Part shown: positions 42,304 through 64,000 of the stretch, in pieces
Layout: each line of letters begins with the position of its first letter
Numbering within the stretch: position 1 is the stretch's first letter
NCBI RefSeq assembly: GCF_009914755.1
Contig: NC_060936.1
Reading direction: 5' to 3' (one strand)
Origin: the human T2T-CHM13v2.0 reference genome, Homo sapiens
DNA: 64,000 nucleotides
Position numbers and translations under genes: made by a program
The notes under the pieces: model-generated
What the model was told of the DNA's origin: nothing
Database searches by the model: none
What the model saw: the letters and a program-made list of their open reading frames with translations, nothing else

Positions 42304-42645
42304 CTACGGTTCACAGAGGAGAGAAAGGACAAGTCATCATCACATCACTGCATGGGATTTCAGAGCGTGGGTCCACTCCCCTCTTGTTAGAGGGAACACT
42401 CTCCGAAGCACAACACCGCTTAGGGCTGCGCTGCTTCTGCCAGTAAAAAGAACTTCAGCTTCCCGAGTCCCAGTCCTACCTACAGATCTGTCTGTGGTTT
42501 GAATTCTTCTCACCAGTGGGAAAAACAAGTTTCTTTCTCCTTTCACAGCAAAAGTAAAAGGTTTCTCACAGGCCATCTAATCCAGTGTCTGGCTCGCTTG
42601 TTACAGCCATAACCCTTGCTCAAACAAAATCTTAAACTAAAATCT

Positions 42646-43834
<1,189 letters not shown>

Positions 43835-44103
43835 TGAAATTTCTAATTCTAGAAGATTTTATCAAGGCCCACTTAGTTCCACGGGGGAAAAAAGAAATCA
43901 TTGTCTTTAGAAACGGGAAAATGTATAGCAGATTTAAATATCTGAATTTCCTGGGCTCATCTCTCCTGCGTGTAGCTTGAGAGAAGTCCCAGCGAGGCCT
44001 GGTTTGGAGCCGGCCCAGGGTTACCGCAGAGAATCAGAAGACCCTGCGGCTACACTTCCTCCTGCAGACGCCTCCCAGGGCCCTGCTCCCACCCCTCGCT
44101 CAC

Positions 44104-44243
44104 CCTCACTCTTCTCAGCTGACGGCGTGGAGACTCGAACCTGCTGCTTCTCCATCCGCTCCCGGAACTGCTGCTGCAGCTGCTTCTGCCGGAGCTTCCG
44201 CTGGTGCGTGGCCTCGCTCTCCACGGCGGATGAGCTCAGGCTT
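44104..44243 (-). CDS. RAD52: RAD52 exon 9 (SLSSSAVESEATHQRKLRQKQLQQQF...; RPA-binding region)
   Basis: tgcag| ... gagg|gtgagc, 140 nt. Confidence 0.95.
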
Positions 44244-44398
44244 CTGCATGAGAGGGCGGCGGCGAGGACGGGCTCCTGAGCAACAGCCGCGGCTGCTGGG
44301 AGGACACGCACGGCTGGCTGGCTCTGGAGGCCTGAGTGGAGGCAGCCCCGTGACACAGGAGGGGCCGCAGAGGAAAGGAGGGGACTTAGGCCGCATAC

Positions 44399-44580
44399 CG
44401 GGAGCTGCAGTCCTGGTCCGCCGGTATCACAGCATGGCTGGGTCTGGAAGGGGAGGTCACCTGCTGCAGCTGTGGGTGTCCCAGGGCCATGTTCGGTCGG
44501 CAGCTGTTGTATCTTGCCTCCTCCACAGACGGTTCAAGATCTTGTCTCTTCGCTTTAGTTAAATCCACTTCAAGAGGCAA
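44399..44580 (-). CDS. RAD52: RAD52 exon 8 ([14 protein letters not shown]...DQDCSS)
   Basis: tctag| ... ccg|gtatgc, 182 nt, ORF 44386-44580. Confidence 0.96.
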
Positions 44581-45216
44581 CTAGAAGGAAAGAAGAAAAA
44601 CAAATTCCTTCAACTGGCTCTTGCCCTCCGCTGCTTCTCCCTGACTCACAGATTGCGATTCCTGGAAAATCGCATTTGACATCCTCCATCCATCACGCCT
44701 TCTAGGTCCTGTAACTCCATGAGCAGGAGGAGCCAAACAATTTCATGTTCTGTGTTAGTGAAGTTTTGATAAAAAGGAATCCTTCTTTGGTTTTGACTTA
44801 GGGCAGATGTTCTGTAAAATCGCATTTGAATCTTTCCTGGGCTGCTGGGTCTGTCTTTGCTGCCTCCTTGTCCTTTTTCCACGGAAATGAGCACACACAG
44901 TCTCTGTGGAGGTCTGTACCTTCCCAACCCTTTCTGCCAGGGCCACCCCTGCAAATCGCGCTCGTCACTGAGGGAGCCTCGGGCACGCTGTGGCATCACG
45001 AAGAACCCTTCAAACGACAGAGGGAAGAACCCTTGGGAGGCACGGACGCCGGCTGCCAGCCAAGGCTGCAAGGAATCTTCCAGAACGGGGCTGCTCTGCA
45101 TCTCATCAACATGAGAAGGGACAGTCCTGTGCTGCGTGGCACAGGGCAAATGGTTTCATTTCCACACGGATTCCTACAGAAATCCAGAACATTTTTACTT
45201 GGGAAAACATCTCTCA

Positions 45217-53007
<7,791 letters not shown>

Positions 53008-53208
53008 CCACATGATGTACTTTAGAAAAAAGGAAAATGTTGGGATTAGTTCCTGCTGTCTCTAACATTCGAAATCTGAAATCAACATTCCCGACCCTCT
53101 AAAGAGCTGAGTCCTCACTTTTTCTCCTTGCATCCTCCAAATACTCAACCCATGACACACAAGAGTTTGCCGCATTATCTTCACTCCACTCATCCATGTC
53201 TGATATAC

Positions 53209-53284
53209 CTGGCGTGGAAGCTTATTTAGTGATCTCAGGTAGTCTTTGTCCAGAATACAGTTTCCAAGTGCATTCCCAAAACTC
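53209..53284 (-). CDS. RAD52: RAD52 exon 7 ([25 protein letters not shown])
   Basis: cttag| ... cag|gtatat, 76 nt. Confidence 0.96.
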
Positions 53285-53779
53285 CTAAGGGCAAGAGAAA
53301 AAAAGGTGAAACAGGGTTAAGAATTGTTACACATGAATATCAGAGAATAGAATTACAACTTTTGTACAGGTTGCTTCTCAGGAGCAGCAGAGGAAGTGGA
53401 CCCTAACATGCATTCCCCATTGATGTCTGGTAAGCATCTAGCATGTTCCTGCACTGTGTTAGTTTCTGAGAATACTGCAGTGAGGACAAGACACAAGTCC
53501 CTGCCCTCACAGAGAAGATGAGTATGAAAAGATTACGGCGCCATTCACAAAACCCACCAGCCACCTCCTGACATGGAGAACAAACTGCAGAGAGTTTTTC
53601 TTTTTTTTCCCCCCAAAGGCTGCTCCAATTTCCCAGCAGGAGTAGGCAACACACACTTGGGGACCGGGGGCTCAAGGGCACAACCTCCCATGACCAGAGT
53701 TCTTAACTTGGGATCTACGGACTCCCCCACAGAACTCATAGGTTTTTCTGGTTCAATTCACTTCAATTCTCAAAGACAC

Positions 53780-54513
53780 GGATATGGTTTGGATGTTTAT
53801 CCCCTCCAAATTTCATGTTGAAACGTGACCTCCAATGCCGGGGGGTGCGGCCTGGTGGGAGGTACTGGATCCTGGGGCTGGATTCCTCATAAACAGCTTA
53901 GTGCCATCCCCTTGGTGTTGAGTGAGTTCTCACTCAGCTCATGAGAGATCTGGTGGTTTTGAGTGTGGGGGCTGGGCATGATGGCTCATGCCTGTGATCC
54001 CGGCACTTTGGGAGGCACAAGGCAGGAGGATGACTTGAGCCCAGGAGTTTGAGACCAGCCTAGGCAACAAAGGGAGACCCTGTCTCTCCAAAAAAAAAAA
54101 ATTTTTTTTTAATTAACTGGGGGTGGTGTCATGTGCCTGTGATCCCAGCTACTCGGGAGGCTGAGGCGGGAAGATCACTTCAGCCCAGGAGTTCAAGGCT
54201 GCACTGAGCGATGACGGCACCACTGCACCCCAGCCTGTGCAACAGAGCAAGACCCTGTCTCAAAAAATGAAAAACAACAATAAAATAAATAAATAAGCCC
54301 GGGACTCCTTCCTTCTCTCTCTTGCTCCCTCTCTCTCCACGTTCCCTCTTCACCTTCTGCCATGATTAGAAGCTTCCTGAGGCCTCAGCAGAAGTGGATG
54401 CTGGCACCAGGCTTCCAGTACAGTCCACAGAATCATAAGCCAATCAAACCTCCTTTATTTATAAATTACCCAGCCTCTGGTATTCCTGTATAGCAACATA
54501 AATGGACTAACAC
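53780..54513. mobile_element. MST-family (ERVL-MaLR) solo LTR with AluJ inserted at ~53969-54296
   Basis: gatatggtttggatg...ataaattacccagcctctggtattc...tagcaacataaatggactaaca termini. Confidence 0.8.
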
Positions 54514-54553
54514 GGACATCTGCGTGACTGTGTAACTAAGTTAACTATGCTAC

Positions 54554-54704
54554 CTGTGCGTAGCGGAGGACTGCTGAGGAGCACGGAGAGGAGGGTGCTG
54601 TCTGTGCACTCGCAGTAGGAGTGGGAAGGCCTCCGGCACACATGACTGAGTGCACGGAGAAGAGAGAGTACAGGATTCTACCACTTACTCCCAGCAAGGG
54701 AAGC
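54554..54704 (-). CDS. RAD52: RAD52 alternative frameshifting cassette exon in intron 6 (beta-type isoform, 226 aa)
   Basis: tttctgtttcag|gcttcc ... cag|gtagca, 151 nt; gives LPLLGVSG...LRYAQ then [20 protein letters not shown] in exon 7. Confidence 0.75.
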
Positions 54705-54902
54705 CTGAAACAGAAACATTGAAAAAATACTAACGAAAGTGGGAAAACGGCAGACAGGAACCAGGGCAGGGGTGAGAATTACCTTCCACGCTGCTTGGAT
54801 TTTTGAACCATGTGGATGTGTTACCTCTTCCAAAAAAAATCGAAATCTGCTCTGAAGCAAGAGCTGAAATGACGCAGGTTAGACTCCCAGCCCCGCGCTC
54901 AC

Positions 54903-55021
54903 CTGAGGGCTCGCTTCAGCCCGTCTGTCACCGCCTCCTTCCTTGCCTTCTCCAAAGATAAAGCCTTGGACTTGAGGCCCTCACTAACACCATAACCAAC
55001 ATCTTCATGATATGAACCATC
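54903..55021 (-). CDS. RAD52: RAD52 exon 6 ([11 protein letters not shown]...[15 protein letters not shown])
   Basis: cccag| ... cag|gtgagc, 119 nt. Confidence 0.97.
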
Positions 55022-55517
55022 CTGGGGGCAGAAAAGGAGTTTGAACTCAAACACGAGAGCGGCAGGCGTGCCACAACTCCCCTGTTCCTCAAGCAGCAGG
55101 GTTCAAAGCCGGACTCTCCCACCTGGCGGCCTTGCTACAGGGGCACGGGCAGAAGGCTGGGTGAGAATCCATCGCGAGTGCTGCTTCCTAGACCTGGGCT
55201 GCCTGGACATGTGCCTGTGGTCAAGGTGTCAAGACGATCCTCCCTTCCCAACTTCCCAACACACAAAGGGCACATTAGAAACTCACCCCAAATCCTATCA
55301 GTGTGCATCACCCTAAGGTAAAAAAAACCTCTGGGATGGCCGGGCCGGGCGTGGTGGCTCACGCTGTAATCCCAGCCCTTTGGGAGGTCAAGGGAGGTGG
55401 ATCACTTGAGGTCAGGAGTTCAAGACCAGCCTGGTCAACATGGTGAAACCCTATCTCTACTAAAAATACAAAAATTAGCCGGGTGTGGTGGTGGGCACCT
55501 GTAATCCCAGCTACTCA

Positions 55518-55742
<225 letters not shown>

Positions 55743-55929
55743 TCACCAAAAGAGAAGGTGGACCTGAGCACATCATTCGCTGATTGAGAATTAAATACAA
55801 TGTTTGATGACAGCGCTCTGTGATTTTTAAAAAATAACTCAGAAAGCACTCAAATAAATGAGTGACACTATAACACAATTCTTTCCATTCTCAGCTACTC
55901 ACTCATAGATACAAGATTTTTTAGTACTA

Positions 55930-56301
<372 letters not shown>

Positions 56302-57576
56302 TCAGTTATGGATATATGGATATATAAACTAACTGAAAAGAAAAAACAGCACCATCCATCTCATTAAGATATACATTTTCCATAAATTTTATATTTTAAA
56401 TTTTTTATTTTTGTGGCAAGATTTCATATCTTTAATTTTTCTAAGTATCAAAATTTTGCTGTATTTATGTTTTCTCTTCACCATAAACACAATTGTCTGG
56501 TCAATTGTGTGTTAACAGTAGCTATAATATAACTAAATCCAAAAGAAATATTTTAATATTTAGAGCCTTAAGTGCACTGAAAATTTACCAAAAATTTTTA
56601 TTTTTATACACAGGCAAAGGCAGAGAAGCACAGTAAGGCTACCGATAAAACTTTTCTTTTTTTCCACCCAGGAGTTCAGTGGCGCAATCACAGCTCACCA
56701 CAGCCTCGACTTCCTGGGCTCAGGTGATCCTCCCACCTCAGCCTCTTGAGTAGCTAGGACTACAAGCATACACCACCATGCCCAGCTAATTTTTTGTATT
56801 TTTAGTAGAGACGGGCTTTCGCTATGTTGCCCAGGCTGGTCTCAAATCCCTGGGCTCAAGCAGTCCTTCCACCTGGGCCTCCCAAAGTGCTGGGGTTACA
56901 CGAATGAGCCACCCCGCCTAGCCAAACTTTCAACCATAAATATGTATTAGGATTAAAACCAGTGGGGAAATAGAATAGAAATATGAGTTCAGATAAAGAA
57001 AGAACAATGTAAAATTTCTAATGATTAAAAAAAAGCTTGTTCATTGTATTTCTTCAAATAAATGATAGATCTTATCCTCTATAGTATTTAGAGTCCACTG
57101 GAATATTTAACAAGATTCAACAGATTTACGGTAAGTGCTCACTTAACACCTTAAATAACTGTGACTTGAAGTGAAACAACTTATTAACAAAACCAATTTT
57201 TGTTTTCATCAATGTTATAACAAAAGGACCTGCTTTGCCTAAAGTTGAGTTTCCAAACACTTATCAGTGATGGTAAAATTATTGTATTTTAAAATGTCAG
57301 ATTTTACCATATGCCAAAAAATACATCCTTTGCAACAATTTTTATATATGGTGAAAACTTTTAGGTGTCAGCTTGAACATGTGCAAGAGAACAGTTTTTC
57401 CATTCTTTTAGGGAGCACATGAGCAAGAGTATTTGAATTCCACCACTCTAGGGAACGCTGGCTGAGACACAACTCTGGAGCCTGGGTCCCCGTCCAGCTA
57501 CCTACTTCCCTACCTGCTCACCTTCTCCTACCACCCACTGATCCTTCCGGGCAGCAGGTCTACTCCATCCCCTCAC

Positions 57577-57644
57577 CTTCAGCTGGACCCTCACAAATGC
57601 ACAGACTCCCACGTAGAACTTGCCATTGTTGAGGTCAACAAAAT
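57577..57644 (-). CDS. RAD52: RAD52 exon 5 ([23 protein letters not shown])
   Basis: cctag| ... aag|gtgagg, 68 nt. Confidence 0.96.
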
Positions 57645-57808
57645 CTAGGAGTGGGAAAGAGAGCAAGTTGAAGAGGACACTGACCGCTGGGCCACAACCA
57701 TTCCTCCTGCTGGCAGCTGAGTCCACCTACCTTACCTCCTCACCCACAGCAGACTTTCAGCAGGAGCTGGACAGTGCAGAAGTCCCCACTGCTGGAGAGC
57801 ATACTCAC

Positions 57809-57902
57809 CCACATTCTGCTGCGTGATGGAGTGTGCCCAGCCATTGTAACCAAACATCTCATTGGCCAGATTAATTACCCGATGACCCTCAATGTAGCAC
57901 AC
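57809..57902 (-). CDS. RAD52: RAD52 exon 4 ([31 protein letters not shown])
   Basis: tctag| ... gtgg|gtgagt, 94 nt; Rad52/Rad22 domain motif FGYNGW. Confidence 0.97.
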
Positions 57903-58432
57903 CTAGAAAAACAAATGTTTTTAAGGAAAAGCTGTGTTAATTCCTTACCACACTTAAATGTGAATCAAAATTGACATAATTTATTCCTCATCTACTTTTT
58001 TCGATAAACTGTCCTTAAACATTCTTCTCGGGAGGCTGAGGTGGGAGGATCACTTGAGCCCAGGAGCTCAAGGCTGCAGTAAGCTAGGATCGTGCCACTG
58101 CACTCCAGCCTAAGTGACAGAGTGAGACCCAGTCTGTTAAAAAAAATTTTTTTTTCAAGAAAATTCTCAATGAATTTATTTCAAAAATCTTCTAGATGGA
58201 GCCCGCGAGAACGAATGGTCTGTTGGGAGGAGGAACTCACCCAGCAGTTGCTAAAATTCAGTTTGCAAAAAGTACAAATCTGTTTGACATATTTTATGGA
58301 AGACCAAAAATATACACAGAAGTTAAAATTAGAAGCAAATGATATGCAATTATTATGTGTCAATCATAAGTTCTTTAAAAAGTGTTTAATTAAAAAAAAA
58401 AAGCAAATGGCAAAAGGAACATTTTTTTTTTA

Positions 58433-58567
<135 letters not shown>

Positions 58568-58979
58568 TTAAAAAATTAACCAGGTGTGGTGGCGTGTGCC
58601 TGTAGTCCCAGCTAGTCAGGAAGCTGAGGCAGGAGGATCGCTTGAGCCTGGGAGGTGGAGGCTGCAGTGAGCTGAGATGACACCACTGGTCGGACTCCAG
58701 CCTAGGTGACAGAGCAAGACCCTGTCTTTAAAAATAAAAAAAAAAAAAAAGATGATGTAAAAATCTTAAGACGGCGGTTATGCGAGTGTCAAGACCATGC
58801 CCAGGCCCCTTCAGATGAGAATGAAGTCTGGAACCCATCCCCTCCCAGGGGCACTGGGAGACCTCCAGGAACAGTTAACAGCAGACTTCCGAATCCCTGA
58901 GGACCCAGAGAGGGAACTGGCAAGACCATCGGAGTCTGCGGTATGGATGCCTGCTTTCCAGGCACATGAATTCTCCTAC

Positions 58980-59081
58980 CTTCTGGCCTCCGCCAGCCAT
59001 GCGGCTACTTATGTATTCTGGGCCCAGCCTCTGCCTCAGGGCCTTCTGGATGGCCTGGTACTCTTCTGCTGTGTACTGGCA
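58980..59081 (-). CDS. RAD52: RAD52 exon 3 ([34 protein letters not shown])
   Basis: tgcag| ... aag|gtagga, 102 nt, ORF 58875-59093. Confidence 0.97.
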
Positions 59082-59971
59082 CTGCAACCCCAAAAAAGAA
59101 AATTAAATTCACACTTCCACCATTCCTCACATCATTGAGTCTCCATCCTTTATGGAGACTTTATACTCTTAAAAAGACCCCCCAGAACCTTTGTTTATGT
59201 GGGTTCTATGTATCCTATTAGGAATCAAAACTGAGAAACTTTTAAGGCATGCATGCCATTAGGCATCATAGCAGTGACATCACCACATATCATGCACTCT
59301 CTGAAAACTCTACCATTCACTCATGAGACAATGAGTGTGAAAGAGGCAAATAGTATTATTATGAAGATAATTTTGACCTTCTGGACTCTGAAAGATCTTC
59401 AGAAACCCCAGGGTTTTTGAGAACTGCATTTTGAGAACTGCTGCCTTAGCTGCTGCTACCATCCTTATAAATGTTTCTGAAGCTTAGGAAGCTAAAATGT
59501 TCTGCCTCCAGATCTGTAAATGACGTCAGCACAGGAAGCAAGTACGGAAAGAGCACGGGGGTAGGAAGCCTTGCTTCCATTTGTCCTTTCCAGAGATTGA
59601 CGCCTTCTCCAATACAACAATTTCCCATCCTGCACAAACAGAAACACACTACTGCTTGCTGATTTGGGTTTTGTCCCCCTTGCCCTGCTCGGATGAGATG
59701 AATACTCACAACTCTCTGCTAAAGACAAAGATGGAGTTTGGGTGGACAAAGCAAGAAACTCTTTTCTGTGCACACAATGTCCCTACAAGGAATAGGACCC
59801 CCAGTAACTTTCCATGCCTCCAAGAAAGACAACTGGAGCCAGGCGCGGTGGCTCATGCCTGTAATTCCAGCATTTAGGAGGCCGAGGCAGGCAGATCACG
59901 AGGTCAGGAGTTCAAGACTACCCTGGCCAACATGGTGAAACCACATCTCTACTAAAAATACAAAAAAATTA

Positions 59972-60325
<354 letters not shown>

Positions 60326-60500
60326 TCATTTTGAATTTGATGTCATACAAATATGTTATCTATCCCCCCCCACAAAAAATTTAAAATCTAAATCTAATCC
60401 CCAGTACTATCAGTCTTTTGATAGCTAACATTCCAAAATGCCCTCCAGAGTTCACAAGACTCCCAAAAAATGCATCTAAAGGAAAAACCAATAACAAATA

Positions 60501-60621
60501 GCTCACACATGTACTATGTAAACGTACTAGGTACTGCCCCCGCACGCACCGCGTCAACGTACTAGGTACTGCTCACACACGTACTAGGTAAACGTACTAG
60601 GTACTGCTCACACATGTACTA
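60501..60621. repeat. 35-bp minisatellite, ~3.5 units, RAD52 intron 2
   Basis: Unit gctcacacacgtactaggtaaacgtactaggtact at 60501, 60536 (diverged), 60571, partial 60606. Confidence 0.9.
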
Positions 60622-60699
60622 CGATGCTCTACAAACTGCCTTGCCCTAACTTTACTCACTTCACCTCATTCTTTCCCGGCATGAAGGAACCACAGTTAC

Positions 60700-60783
60700 C
60701 TGTCCAAAGCATAACACTGAGCCGCCGCCAGCAGCAGGATGGCTGTCACGTCCTCCAAGAATTGCTTCCTCAGTCCCAGACAT
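60700..60783 (-). CDS. RAD52: RAD52 exon 2 coding part (MSGTEEAILGGRDSHPAAGGGSVLCFGQ); exon begins at 60801
   Basis: ATG 60783-60781, donor cag|gtaact, acceptor tatag| at 60802-60803. Confidence 0.96.
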
Positions 60784-60901
60784 CTTGATTCTGGTTGACC
60801 TCTATATAAATAAAAAGCGGAAAAAAAAAACAACCCTCAAAGAATGTTTAAAGTAAAAGGCAAGAGCCTCTACTGAAAAATCACATAAAGAATCCTTATG
60901 C

Positions 60902-64000
<3,099 letters not shown>

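Noticed and set aside
44021-44356. ORF extending RAD52 exon 9 through intron 8
   Set aside because: Exon 8 frame stops at 44386 on retention; open frame is explained by high GC.
60501-60621. CRISPR-like repeat pattern
   Set aside because: Contiguous tandem units without unique spacers, no cas genes, human intron.

Overview
Human (hominid) genomic DNA from the WNK1/RAD52 locus (12p13.33 by gene identity). The + strand carries the 3' two-thirds of WNK1: coding exons 10-28, all GT-AG and phase-consistent. They sum to 4926 nt, i.e. residues ~742-2382 plus stop at 36543-36545, followed by a ~2.7 kb 3'UTR with tandem poly(A) signals. The - strand carries the complete RAD52 CDS (exons 2-12, 1257 nt, 418 aa; ATG 60783-60781, stop 41164-41162), converging tail-to-tail with WNK1. 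The rest is intronic: about 50 Alus plus L1, MST LTR, MER46, MER58 and Charlie fossils. There are no CRISPR, tRNA or rRNA features, and most ORF-track entries are Alu artefacts. Most notable observations: (1) WNK1 intron 26 holds phase-1 cysteine-rich cassette exons (26a, 26b) and a third candidate exon (33541-33656) that repeats the CxCN motif, carries a stop and sits in NOVA/RBFOX motif clusters. (2) A TSD-bounded L1PA 3' transduction in intron 22 carried a Charlie fossil and an Alu fragment. (3) An Alu in intron 25 contains a fold-back plus templated-insertion scar. (4) A poly(A)-only insertion duplicated the exon 10 splice donor. (5) Three truncating RAD52 splice options give 226, 139 and 118 aa products. 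Exon numbers, repeat family names and literature links are from recall, not database searches.
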